From Nitrospirales bacterium (lineage in GTDB: Bacteria; Nitrospirota; Nitrospiria; Nitrospirales; UBA8639), in contig CBDBCZ010000012.1 of NCBI GenBank assembly GCA_965203295.1, positions 256,001 through 320,000 on the forward strand: a DNA stretch of 64,000 bases. The letters are read 5' to 3'. The notes beneath the pieces were generated by a model. It was not told the origin of the DNA, did not search any database, and saw only the letters and a list, made by a program, of their open reading frames with translations. Positions 33,889 to 47,921 of the stretch are shown here, piece after piece (position 1 is the first letter of the stretch; every line of letters starts with the position of its first letter). The position numbers and the translations under genes were made by a program.

Positions 33889-36800
33889 TGATAATAGAGA
33901 ATGCGTGACAAAGCGGTGAGGCAGTGTAATAGTGAGATTAAGATTATGATAAGGATACTGGAGAGTAGTATTGGCAGGGGAGATAAACGGGGAGAGTGTT
34001 ACAAACGATGTTCGGAAATCAATGAATTGGTATAGATAGTTGAAATGAGGTGATTGAAAGGGCTAATTAAGATTTCAAGAAAACAGGAAAGAGTTTTCGG
34101 GAATTTTTTGGCAGGATCTTCAAATGGTAGTCATAAGGGTATATTGGTTCTTTGAGGAGTAATCCAGGTTCAAGTGTAACCAGCACTAAGGGAAATTTGG
34201 AAGTATTATGTGAGCATTATGAAAGGCTGGGTACAGCATCCGTAGATGATCAGTTTGAAGGTAACTGGAAAGAGCATGTAGAGCAGAAAGTGACAGAGTA
34301 TAGGGAAATGTCTAGATTACGGAAGGTTAAGGTTTTGGACAGGGGAATTATTTTGCAGAAATTTAACTAAAACCCTAAAGAACTAGAGGTCTCTAGCAGA
34401 GACATACCGATTGCCAATACGAACATGTGACCAGGTCCGTATATGCCCGGCCCCCATTTTATTCTAGTTGTGACCGTATTAAAAAGGCAGAATGTACCAT
34501 TGTTAAATAAGAAAGAGCTGGAGATGCAGCGTATGGATCTGCTTTGGCGACTATCAGGTACACACCCGGACATTTTTTTTAGATTTCAATGTTGCTGTTG
34601 CGTTTAGCAATCACTTAACCCTGCAAATCGCGAGATAGCCCGATTTTTGAGTGGACAGACAACGAACGAACGAACGAACGAACGGACGGACAGACAGAAC
34701 CAATCGCTTAACCCCGCTGCCGCCTACGTGCCGCGGGGTAATAATAATACAGGAGATAATGATGGGCTAGTTGTGGAGCTTTTTAGGTACGGTGGCAAAG
34801 GAGTAGTTATATGTAGTCTGTTGAAAGTCTTATATGCAGTAGTTTGGACAGAGAAGAGTGTTCCTAAACAACAAGGACAAGTGTTACTTTTAGCTTGTAT
34901 AAGAAAGGTGATACTGAGGACCTGGGCATTTACAGAGGCATTACACTATTAAATGTGGGAGGAAAACTGTTCTAAACAATCGCATAGTAATCACATTAGA
35001 ATGAGAAAGAGCTCTTCATGAAGATTCAGAGAGAAAACGAGTCGTGTTGATAGAATCTTTGCTTTCAATGAAATCATAGCAGGTAGAATGAGGAACACTT
35101 ATGCTTCTTTCTTAGATGTTCACAAGTATTTAACACAGTTTGACATGATGGCTTATAGTTTAAGTTATGGGAAATTGGTGTTAGGGGCAGGATGAGGTGA
35201 GCTATTAAGGATATCACACAGAGTGCTGTTTTACTGGAGGCAGAAATATCTGATATAGGTCAGGGGTGGCACAGGGTTGTAGTATGTCGCCTATCCTCTT
35301 ATCTAACCTTATTAATCAGTTGTTAGATGAGGTTGAGAGGGCTGTGATTGGCATTAATGTTAAGAAGGATGTTCAGGTTGGGGGTCTAGTGTTTGCCGAA
35401 AGATTTTGTAGGCTTAACTACTGACGCCGAGGACTTACAAACATTGTTTAATGTATTACAGGGGTTTTGTAAAAAATGGAGTTTGAAATCTAGCATACAA
35501 AAGAGTGCTGTTATGGTAATTTTTTTTAAAGAGGTTGATACAGGTGCGCGTACATGGAAGTGGGGAGATAAAGACATTCCAGAGGTTGTAAATTACTGTT
35601 ACTTGGCCACTAAATTTGCAAATAATGGTTCAGGGATAGTCATGTACAGAAGGTAATAAATAGTGGAAAGAAAAATCTACATAGCTTTTTTGTAACAGTA
35701 ATATCAGTACAGTTACAAGAAGGATACCTATTGTTAGTTTCAGTACTTCACCCCGCTTTAGAATAAGGTAATGAAGTGTGGGCTTGTAATACGTCAGACA
35801 GCTTCCTTGGAATTTATTCAGCTAGAAGCTGCTAAAAATATATTTGGCTGCTCTTCTAAAACGTGTAATGAAGCAGTAAGGGGGGTTAGAATCTTTTGAA
35901 AGGCAGGAGGCATAGGTGCAAACCTAAGTGGTGTTATAAAGTCAGTAATTTGCATGACGAGAGATATCCTAGCTTACTAGACAGTGAGTGGTAGGTGAAA
36001 TCGTGCAGAGGTAGGCAGAGGAAGACCTGGAGGAAAGTAGGTAGTAAATTGTTGCTGCAGTCATTAAATCTAAAGAGTCAGGATATATTTGCTGAAGATT
36101 ACAAACTATTGAAAGTAACAAAGTTTTCTAAGCTCCCATCCAACAAATCGTCTAATTCTCTCACAAAAACATTTGTAATGGTATCTTACATAGGACACTC
36201 CCAGAGCACATGTACTAACTCTCACATTGCGTTCATACAGCTTACACTGCCTATCATAATTTTTATCCCATGCCTTCCTAACTCGTTATTCAGACGGTTA
36301 GTACTTGAACCTAAACTTAAACATCAATCGTGTTCCTGGATCCCCAACCCCTGCTAGTAATCCTTAAATTCTATTTCTTTACAAAAAGACTTGTACAATC
36401 TCAGCCATCATTTATACTCTTTATATCTCAACACTTCATCTACTCTCCCTAGGAACAAATTTATATTTAAGGGAATTAGAACAGGCTTTCTTTTAGGGTG
36501 TGAGAATTGCGACAGGTAAAGTAACAAAGTTTTCTAAGCTCCCCTCCCCCCCCTCAACAACTTGTCTAAATCTCTCACAAAAATATTTCTAATGGTATCT
36601 TACATAGGAGTACATGTACTACACTCTCACATTGTGCCCCACATAACTTACACTGACTATCATCATTTTTACCCTTATGTCTTCCTAACTTTTTATTCAG
36701 AGGGTTAGTACCTGAACCAAAAAGATTTGTACAGCCTCAGCCACATTTATACTCTTTATATCTCAACACTTCATCTACTCTCTCTAGGAACAAATTTATA

Positions 36801-37037
36801 TTTAAGAGAACAGGCTTTGTTTAGGGTGTGAGAATTGTGACAGGTATGATTTTAAGGGTGTATTAAGACTAGTTAAGAGTTTTGCATTATTGATCTGGGA
36901 TACTAGGAAGAATGAATTATATGGTGATCAAGATAATGAAACATCTGTTTGTTCTTGCTCGGACTGGAGATCTTACAACTGTGTATGTGGGTGCGTGCTC
37001 AATGGCATACGCGCTACGACAGCGACACGAGTAAAAT
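33889..37037 (+). mobile_element. Degenerate 5'-truncated APE-RT LINE, old copy 3
   Basis: Same TSD pair (33874-33888 and 37038-37052). The inverted segment is tandemly duplicated (~36110-36515 and ~36520-36845). Confidence 0.92.
34381..34741 (-). mobile_element. DINE-1/HINE-like element nested in old LINE (copy 3)
   Basis: Same structure as 8-344, with a clear GTCTCT-AGC-AGAGAC stem-loop beside AACTAG. Confidence 0.75.
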
Positions 37038-37147
37038 ATTACTACCTATCTGCATTATACTAATAGGTATCAGCTGCAGTTGATGTGCCATTCTTGTGAA
37101 ATGTTTGGACGAACCTGTAAGATCTTGCGATAAAGGAGCAGGCACAT

Positions 37148-37219
37148 CAGCCTCGTTCCCAGGCTTTACTTCCCAGCGTGCGAAGAGAAGCTGGGAAGTA
37201 GAACCTGGGAACGAGGCTA
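37148..37219. mobile_element. 72-bp hairpin MITE with 9-bp TSD
   Basis: CAGCCTCGTTCCCAGG...CCTGGGAACGAGGCTA flanked by CAGGCACA(T/C). Units 1 and 2 have the empty site (single CAGGCACAC). Confidence 0.85.
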
Positions 37220-37476
37220 CAGGCACACATAAAGGCACCGCTTTTGTTGTCTAGATGTTTTCACTCAAGAGTTCTACTATAATCTTGTTCATGGCTAGGA
37301 ATGATGATGACTCCTTGTACTACTATGTAAGGTACATGTAGTTGGTGCCACATCATTGAACACATTAATTACAACTGCTTGCTAACCCTTGATCATCAAT
37401 GTTTATAGAGGTGCGGATGTTACAAGACTAGATTCCACCATTGCATATCTTCAGTTTGAATGCATACAAAACCTAC

Positions 37477-40400
37477 CTTTTCACTTCTTAGAACATGAAA
37501 CAGGAAAATGAAAACACCCTATAGAGAATGGATAAGAAATAAATTAGATTAATCTATGTAGATTGCTGTTCAGTACAAGAGTAATGCAATAACATACGTA
37601 CTTACTAGTATAATACCTACATGTACATATTAAGTTTATGTACGTAGCTAGGTACATGTATGGGTTATCACATGAATTTTAGTTCAAAATTGATTACCAT
37701 GTCGACGCATGAATTGGTAATAGTGTACACAACATACAGTATTATACTGTACATGTACAATGATGAGGTGTATGCAACTAGTATGAGAACACATTTTAAG
37801 GATATCAATAAATAATATCTACATATTTTAAAGCCACTAATGCACTTGCATTATAACAGACAACTAAGGTAACCACATGATCGTCATGACATGTGTTAAA
37901 AAAATAGCCTTAGTTTCAGTAGGAGGCACCTTAAGTGAATTGAGAACAGTAAAGAGCCATGCAAAGGCAGTGAGGTTTCTGTTGACAGTAAATAGCCCAA
38001 AAAACCAGGTCAGTCCCAGTATGGGAAGGAGGATCACTGATGCACACAATGAAGTTCTGAGAAAGAGAAGCAGTATACATAACAGTCTGCAAGCACAGCA
38101 GTGAGTGAGGCTGGATGTACACTTCCAATTAATCCTAGCTGGCATTGGTAGACTACAACAAGTATGTCATCTTTACCAGTGAGATAGAGATGATGTTCCC
38201 ACTAGCAGGATAAAGATGCATATTATAATCTCCTCACGTGGTCAGCAGTTTAGCTCAGTCTGCTTCATTTGGAGGTATGTACTATTTGACTAGTATATAT
38301 GTATGTGCTAGAAATTTCACAAAACCCTAAATACATACACGCATGTACAAACATGAGCACCTAGTAGAGCCTGATGGTATCTTAAACTCACACAGTCCCC
38401 CTTTCTCTTTGAATTTAGAGGTTGTATTCTGATTGGCTGCTTTTGACTTGGTACTTTTGTACACTTTTATCACAGCCACAGTCATAATGAATACATTCAC
38501 CTATGAGGGCATTAATGTAAGGAAGTAATGGTGTCACATAAAATGTTGTAGTCTTGTAAAAAATTACAGTAGCAAACTTTAACATGTTTAATACAATGCA
38601 TTTTTGATTTTTAGATGTGACCATGAATTAAAACAGTTGCAAGGCTAACTTACAGCAATGATGGCTAACATAGGTCCTACAAAAGCCCAGATAACTCCAT
38701 TGTCAGTGGACAGCCAGCAACTGCAAGAACAATATATATGTATAAGACACTACTAAGAACTCTCTAGTGCCTCTATAATCAACAATTGAGGAACTTCATT
38801 TATTTAGCACAATGACCACGTCATGACTGTTAATACAATAACCAGACAGTATGCTTTTGGAATGGCACATTATAAAAGAGGTTGTACACAATGTGGGTCG
38901 CGACGTACTCAACTACAGTGACATGGATGATCTATAACTATATACAGATTCGACTAACTCATGTGTTCATGCTGGTTATACTTACTAAATAAGAGCTCCC
39001 TCATCATTCCTCACTCCATAGTCATCATGTCTTGATGCCACTCCAATCACCACAGGAAAAATGGGCAGACCTGCCGACAAGAGTATACGTACTGAATAGT
39101 CATCTAATGCCTGTATTACAAATCAAGAGTTTGAACACTACATGTACGTAGCTTACCCTATCCAAGGAGTAAGAAGAACCACCATTTCTTGGACAGCCTG
39201 ATGAAAACTACTACCAGCATCAGGTAGAGCATGATGCCCTCACACAACATCCAACAGAAGGCAGCCAGGAAGAAGTAGTGCAGGAGAACAGTTACAAAGA
39301 CACACCCACCCTGTAAGGAGCAGAATAATGTACAAATGAGATACATACATACGTACGTGTAAGTAAGAATGTGTACCATAATCAGTGAGTGGACACTGTC
39401 TGTGTCTGAATACGTGCATAATTGTGTTTATATATGTATATTACCAAAATTAAATTACGTAGACTATACATTATGCTCACATAAATTTTATTACTATCCC
39501 TCATACTTGATCACAACAGAAGAGTATTGCTTAATGTAAAAGAAACTGAACTGTATACAGGTAGTGTGAGAGCAAACCATTAGCAGAGACAAGAAACAGG
39601 ACAGACTGTGGGTCTCAAGCAGCGGGAGGTTTGGTAGTCCGGCCTCACATTTCTCACTCTTAATCGCTTGAGTTATAATATACTATACGGCCTCAGTGAT
39701 CTCTGCTTCTGTTGATCCTCTCACAGATACGTACGTAGTTACCAACCTGGCTTCTTCTACATATATGCTGCATGACATCCTCACATGGGCTTGTAGTAAA
39801 GATAGGTTTCACCTCAAGCTAGCTGAGATTAAATTCTCGATCTTGCAAAGTTTCTGGACGATCACAACCCTATCACACAAACACATATCTTTGCAAGATT
39901 TTAAAATTAGGGTAAAATCCAAGTTATGTACGTACCTAGCCCTGATTGCATGATATATTTCCATGGCATGCATAGCAATTAAGGTTTAAACTGAAGATTT
40001 AGCATTTTAATAATTCTTAAAGATAGGCTAGGTGTCATACAGAAGCCATAGACACTTTAAAACATTGTATGTAGCAGATTCTATACTTCATTTGAGAACC
40101 TAGCAACGTACGAGGTAGAGGAATTAAAGCGAAAACCTACAACGCAACACACACACACACACACATGCACACACACACGCATGCACGCATTTACATACCA
40201 CTGAATTCCTGGCTGTCTGTATACCAATCACAAAAACAAGGTACCCCACGAACAGAGAGATGGCCAAATTTAGATGAATAAAGTAGTGAACTAATTGGAA
40301 CTGTTTCTTGCTGTGGAATAAGAGAAAATAAATGTGGTTACTACTGAGAATGCAACCACAAAATAGTGCAAATCATGCAACTACACTCTCAAGTGAAAGG

Positions 40401-43400
40401 ATTACGGGTAGAGAGAAATGCCAGTGAGCAAACATAGAGGTGCATAGAAACGTGTATGCTTATTACTAGTATACACTCCCAGTGGAATACAAACCGTGTA
40501 CATATCACACCTATGCTATACACATGTAGATTATTTCTCTCTGCATATGTACATGCAGATCCTGATTATGGATGTGTGGTTGCAGCTACTAGTAAAAGAA
40601 GTAGCCATTACTCTTCACGTAATAGACGAAGGCAGTATGTATAATATTTGCAAGTAGCCACAACACTGCAAGTAATATCTTAAAAGAAATGTAGCTCAGA
40701 GGAGATACTACACGCCCCACGACAAAACAAAACAGGGAGTATTAATACTAACGAGTGTAGTGACAATAGTGTAAATGGTGTTTACCCCAGAAAGAGGAAG
40801 AACACAATGGCAATGACCAGGCATGCCATGGAAATAGCACAACCAATATAGGAGACGATCATTAAGGCCTGTAGCTCTGCACCTCCCTATATAGCAACCA
40901 AAACAGAATACAAAACATCGTGTAACAGGAATAGTGAAGTTTTGCAGCACAAAGAAACATATTTTAGGTACACATGCTAGTAGTCTGTATGCTTGCATTG
41001 GTTCTGCAGGCTGTGTTACAGTATATTATATGATAGCAAGCATGGTCTAAACAATATATGTAGAGACACCGGTTAATATGCACATTATTGTTACAGTAGT
41101 GCCCAGTATATGTTTGCATAAATCATCTACCTTAATAGAGGAGTCTCACAAATACAGTCTGATAAGGTCGAATGGGCTACATGTAGTGTAAACCTGTGGC
41201 CTTAATGCTACTATTGCTATCCATACATCTCCGAGTGTTCCAGACACATCCACCAGCACTGCAAAACTTGAGAGATGACTGCTCTGGCACTCCACTGTCA
41301 TCACACCACCGCGTAAGGTAGCACTGACTGTCTCTACCCCATCTGATGACATCTGCCACTACCAATCCTGTTGTTTGTTCGATGTTTAATATTTGGGAGG
41401 GGGATTAGCCAGATCCACTCCATAACTTGTATACTGGAGAAAGAATGTACATAATTAATGAAACGTAACGTATCTGTAAAAACAGCCATCACTTATTGTG
41501 CTCTATTGTTGGACCCAAATAAATGTCCTGTAACAATACAATAAACATGTACTTTGGCATGCATACGCAAGTAACTGACAAGATTTCATTAAAGCGACTT
41601 ACGGATCAAAAAATTCCCAAAAAGTACATCTGTAGTCCCTTCCCTATATACATGTACGTACATACAAAATCTTTAGCATGAAAATACAGTTTTACAGTCC
41701 ATACCATAGATTTATGCACCAAGTGAACTGCTTAAGTAAAGTGGAAACAGCTACCACCCTTTAAAGAGGACTGTTACAGTACAGCAATGCAATCCCTGGC
41801 ACATTAATACGCACCCTTCTTAATACTCGCTAGAAAACTATTAGTAAAGTAGTATTTCTAGTAGCTCTTGTAAGTAGGATGTACGTACCATATATGCTGT
41901 CGTGATCTACCTTCATTCAAGATTAGACATGCTAACAAAACAGCTATTTCCACAGTAACATAGAGCTGACCAACATCATAAAACATTACAAGTATTATTG
42001 GTATGTTTGGTATATTAATTCCATTATGTGTTAAAAACAAACCTCATCGAAAGTGAAGGATACTTCTACTGGGTCATCCTGAAGTGCACGAGACTGCTGC
42101 ACTCGAAATTCTCGTGACAACACTGTTGCGGAAATTACCATGGAGGCAACAGCAATGGAAGCACTACAGAGAGAGATAAACCTTTGTGGTAATGGCTTCC
42201 TGGAATGTTACAACTCCTGTACATGTTTATAGCACAGGTATAATGACACACAGATATGAACATCGCATCGATCTTTGCTGTGAACACCTACCAATACCCA
42301 GATTGGTCTAGCTAGGTCCTGACCCCTCCATGTGCTATAACACACAGAAAGCAAGGTGCATATCATTGGTGTCACCTGAAAAGGGGTTATATTAATTACA
42401 CTGCAATGCAAGGACATGAATATGCTGTTCCTCCTTATCCAATTGGAAGAATGGGGTGGGCCAGGGTTGAATGGCACACTGTGTACAGACACATATACAC
42501 ATACCCTGTTCGCAGCACAATTTCCATATTCAGGAATAAAACATTTGTTACCGGTACTGTATTCCCTGTAGAGTATAAGAAAAGCTAGCCTAGATGGATG
42601 GCATGTATAAAGAAAGTGGATGTACATGCACATGTATATTTATATACTGCCAGGTGTAAAGATTTAAGCCAAAACGGGTGTGTGTATAAAATTAACAGTG
42701 CAGTTCGGCATGAATGAGAGTCACTGGCTGAAAAATAAAATGTACGTATGCAAGGCCTGTCAAACATGTGATGCATGAAGAATCAGACATGCCCATAACA
42801 TTATATACTTTCCAAATGGAGGCTTACTACAGCACCTGGGTTAGTAGAGTTTGTGTAGTCTCTGCCATGTCAGTATAATGGATGGCACAAACTGCACAAT
42901 GCTTAGCAGCTAATGTGATTTCGAAGCAGCACAGCCCTCCCACATAGCAGCCATGGCTAATCCTTAAAAAAATTACATGTTGTATATAGACGAGACCTCA
43001 AAAACCAACAGTTTTATTGTATGCTGCCTTACAAAACTCTCCCATACCAATGTCATACTTCACTAAATCAGCTGCACTGCACCCACAAAGGACCCTACAT
43101 TAAATTCACATTAAGCTTGCTAGGGAAGATGCTAGCCGCTCAAATTAAGCAGTACTTGTACTCTACATGTCGACACAAAGAAAAGTTCAATTGGTTTCCT
43201 AACTTACCTTCCAATACACACAGGCTGGAGGGCAAGGGACTAGAAGGTCTCCAGCACCATAATGTTTGTATCTTTGAGCTACATGCACATAGAGAACTTT
43301 TCATTCGGTTCTATGTGAGTTTCATAGTACATATGTTAGTGCAAAAGTAACATAATGTAGCCGCATCTCTTACACATTTCTGCAAACACATCGTACTAAC

Positions 43401-44481
43401 ACTTGGTAGGCTACATTCAGTGAATATTACTTGATGTATTGTAGCTTTTCCCACTGAGGAATTACAGTAAGTACGGCATGAGCTGTCTACTAAACATTGG
43501 TGTAAAGGAAGGCCTGCTATAGGCTCAATGATTGCAGTATCTTTGTTATGTGCGTGCAAACTGACATGTGGATATGTAGCACAAGATAGGTGGCATGGTC
43601 AAGTGGTTTGATGAGTTCGGCATGTCTCTTAGCTCACCCATCCAAACTGGTACATGTACATCAAACTTATGCAGGGACTCTCTCTGAGACAGTTCAAAAT
43701 CTCAAGTAGGAAGCCATTATATTACTACTGCTGTGGATAAAGATGTCACTCCACAGCTTGTACATACAGTATATAGGTAAAAAACATCACATGAGGTTTA
43801 CTATATCCTTTACAAACAGGAGTACAGCAGTTACAGCAAGTGTACTTACTCCAATGTGGTTACCCCATTTGGCTAGTGATTGTACCAACAGGTACATGGC
43901 ATGTACAAGCACATACACATTCAAACATACCAAGGTTATTCCCACCATTCACCACACTATCCTCAGAATCTTCCAAAGCATTAGCAAGATAAATTGAATA
44001 TCGTTCCACATTATCCAGCAAGAGCTGACTACCAGCATCAACCTGTACGTGTGGAAGCATGCTGTTACAAACGTGGTTGCATGGTGCTACATACACAATA
44101 TGTACATGTACATAATATCTGTTTCGAGCTCAGACCTCAGCTGTACTTTAGCAAACAGCCTTTAGGTATGTTCTGAGTCAAACAGCTTGATTTATACACC
44201 CACCCACATACATACGTATATTGTACTGCTAGCATATGCAGCAGTCATGTCAAGAGCTGCCTTCTGCATGAAATGACAACACTTCTCACCAAACCTGTAA
44301 CTAAAGCACTCAATGTTCCATTGATTACAGCAAGAAGTCTAAACTGGGCACAAGACTGTGCATGCAAATACGTTAGTGATGGTATGCATGTGTTATCAAG
44401 GTTGAAACGTACTTCTTGCAACGTTGTCCATCCAATTAAGTTACTTGAATCAAGTACATTGCTGAAGATACCCAAAAGATT
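37477..44481 (-). pseudogene. Adhesion GPCR pseudogene, unit 4
   Basis: Exon series from NLLG (~44413-44481) to GVFIFLFH (~37477-37518). TAG at 39158-39160, frameshift in the GPS exon near 41350, C-tail exon deleted. Confidence 0.92.
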
Positions 44482-46621
44482 CTGAGGGAAAGATTCAGCG
44501 GCAAGTACCCCAGTGTGAATGCTTAACAAAACACATCTACTAGGTTAGTAGCCTTGTCTCCAGGCTCTAGCTCTCAAGTGATAAAAGCTGAGTGAATGCC
44601 TGGGAATGAGGCTACTAAGTTAGCAAATGCATGCATTGCTGCATTAGTAAATCTAATGCTTAGCTCAATAATCTATAAACCAAAATTATACACTGGAGTA
44701 TGTATGACAATATTATAGCTAGAGACCAAACAACTGTCAATGTGCAAGGAAATGAAACGTATCAAGTGTAAACCAATGTTGACATCACCATGAAACATTA
44801 AAATTTTCAAAATGATGTTATAATAGTACGCAAAAAAACTAGGGAGATTTAGTATCAAAATGATGTTATTTTGTGAACCATGGGTGAAAACGTATGTAAG
44901 GCTTTTCCACCTCAGATTGTCTGAGGAGACATGAAAAACAGGTTAATCCTTCCAGTGGCCTAGTGGTGAAGGCCCTGAAAGCCGAGAGCTGGGTTAGATT
45001 CTCTTGAGTACGTACATGTACTTCCTATTTCACTCCCCTTTAATTTTTTTCTTTTTGCTTCTTTTGGGTCCTGTTTCTGTTAGTTTTCACTACATATTCT
45101 AGAAAGATTGGGACAAGACTGGCTATATACCCTTAGGCTGTACTCAACAACAGGACAGAAGTGATTCAGCTTCGCTAAAGAGCCTTTGTATATGGCAGCA
45201 TGGTTAAGCATTCTCAGACCAGCTCATCCTGCATACATCCGCACCTACACGACAGCTCAGCTACAAGTGTGTTAGAAAGTACAACTACCCGGACAAAAAT
45301 CTCCTCCTACTTGACGTTAGCATTACGGTTTCACACATATGTATAATATTCTGGAATCAGAGCTTTAGCCACACGAAGGTTGAGATATCTTTGTCTGCGG
45401 GCCAATTTACTTCACATTTGGCACTGAGGTTCGCTCTCAATAAACGTTATAGTTAATGTACTTGAAAAACAGACAACCATCCTGACACTAGTAGCTACAG
45501 ATGAAAGGCTCATTACTGATCATGAACAGGGCATGCTTTCTGGTTTCTACTCTACACAGTCTCTTGCACGCTTTTGCAAACCTCTGTACCGACACGGGAG
45601 CTAGTCTCGCGAGCCAGTCTGTACGGGAGCTAGCTACCATAGCTGACCAAATTACAGTACAGAACGGGTACATATTAGCGAGTACAAACGTACATGGCCT
45701 GAAATAGCTATAATCTCCCGTTGTATGAGTGGCCTGACTCGTACAGCAACCTCTCCACCCCTCCCTGACGAAGATTCCCGACGGTTCAGCGCACAAACGC
45801 AATCAGATCATCGTGTGAATGAATGGGGGTGGGGCTATCTAGACCTGTGCCTGTTTCAGCATAATCACTTTTTTTTTCTAAAACAATACAATACAATACC
45901 ATACAATACAATACAACACAATACAATACAATACCTGTACGCATACGCACAGCACGCAGAACTGTGTGGGCGCACGCAGATATTATCTACTAGGTGAATG
46001 CAGAGCATTGTGGGGCGAGCGTGAGCGAGTTCATCATGCCATAGATTATCTATGATCATACACAGTTGACTTGAATATGCAGGGCTGGTACGTAATGCAT
46101 TATTATAATATTACAAATTTAATCACAGGTATTACAGAGCATGATATAGGCCTAATATTACATAGAGTAAGTCATCAATTTCCGGTCACCATAAAATTAA
46201 TAATCGGACGCGATTTCTTCGAATACAAAAGAATAAAGCTGCTGTCTGTAGTAGTAAACAATAGATAGTTAGAGATGTAGTCGGTACCTAGAAGAACCAG
46301 TTGTCGAATCTGCTTCAGCCGGTGTAGTGCCACTTCAAAGCCTATGTCCGAATTTTTCAATGCTCGGACGTTATAATCTATAGTCGGACACGCGGCGCTT
46401 GTAACGGAGGGCAGTGATAAGCGGCTGCGTTCTAGTGTTGTCTTCAGACATCTGTCTGTTTACTATTCCACGACTAGCAGTTGGAACCACAAGCCATTCC
46501 AGTTTGCGGCAACAAGAACATTAATAATACAGGAAATTTGGGGAATTTTGCAAACTTACGGAATTGGAATACACGCTCTGGGCATGCGTAGTAGCATGGA
46601 CACGTGGACGGTTGTGAAAAA

Positions 46622-47839
46622 ATGGCAGTAAGTTTTCATAATCTACAGCTCCCTCGAGGGGTTTTTGCTACCGTGATCAACACGCAAAACAGCAACCACG
46701 GTACCGGTAACACTGCACAGCCACAGGGCAGGACTGCAGGAAAAACGAGTGTGTCTGTAAGTAGTATGATCAACTAGTACATAGTGATATTGTGCATGAC
46801 TGCATGCGTTTATATCTTCTGCTGTAGTTTTTGGGTTAAGATTATGAGCATTGCACAGCTAGGAACTCATTAAACAAATTTTAGACAAATATTAAACGCG
46901 ATCAGGAATGAAAGTGGGCATTTATTAGAAATTGTATCTCTCTTTTCCCCCTCTCACACGCACACACTTCTTTCGATCGTCTTCTCTCCCATTTCTTTCC
47001 CTCTCACACCTGTATTAAAATGATGGTTTCACAATCTCTAATTGTATAATCAGTCATGCAAGAAGTACAAGTATAGGGTCACTATACTAAACAGCCCCAA
47101 GAGAGGAAAGAAAACAATCACAAGGCAACTTCATCATTTTGATGGTCGATTCCGTTCTATAACTAACATAAAAACACATTTGAGGGAAGAATTGGAAGAT
47201 GATGTACCCAGTTCCATTCACTTTGATGTTGGATATTATGAAAAACGCTCTACCAAGTGTTGGTTGGTCACTGCTGAAGATCTGGAACTAATGTACACAA
47301 CCATTAAGACAGATGAGATATCTCTTTGGTGCGATGCAGATGAAGGAAAATCAGAGAGTAAGCGTAAGAGAAAGGAAAATGGAAGTTCATCTAAGCAGGA
47401 AGAGGAGGATGTTGATGAGCACTACAAGATTCTCACTGAGAAGCATGGGGATACTTATACAGTTCCCCAGTGAAGATTGTGGGCACGGATGTTGCATTGT
47501 TGTACCCATGAGGATTACGATACTCCTCCTCCTTTGCCTATGTTTGGACCTCCAGCCAAGCGCCCTAAAAAGGATTCTTTAACTGAAACTATAACTAATG
47601 CTGCTGTTGCTATCACAAAAGCTCTTATCCCCACCACTCCTGTTGAGCAACAGAGCCAAGGCTCATCTGTCAGCCAATCAGCAGTTGGCATCTCTCCCAG
47701 CAAAAGTGTCGACCTACGAATGAAGAATCTTCAACAACTACGTTACATTCAGCAACTCTTTGATGATAAGATTCTCTCTGTAGCAGAGTTTATTGAGCAA
47801 AAGGCAGATATCTTAGCTGCACTACATAAACTGAAATAA
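46622..47839 (+). pseudogene. Transposon accessory gene, 2 exons (46622-46756, 47054-47839), ~306 aa, SHOCT-like C-terminus, one internal stop
   Basis: ATG at 46622, phase-0 GTAAGT...CAG intron joins in frame. Single TGA at 47471-47473 with the frame continuing. KRKRK and PPAKRPKK basic motifs. C-terminal LQQLRYIQQLFDDKILSVAEFIEQKADIL. AATAAA overlaps the stop. Confidence 0.8.
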
Positions 47840-47921
47840 AGAACTGGAGTTTCATGAGATACTTGACATGTGTGAAGTGTCACGGTTATTGTTAACATGC
47901 ATGCAGTGCTAGCAGTTTGTA

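Noticed and set aside
42830..42865. Extra small GPCR exon between the ISWSRN and GNTVP exons
   Set aside because: The neighbouring exons already join in phase 1 without it, and support is only a weak splice-like pattern.
46622..47839. Accessory gene as a Fanzor/TnpB RNA-guided nuclease
   Set aside because: No recognisable RuvC motifs or CxxC zinc finger, and the protein is short with a helical C-terminus.
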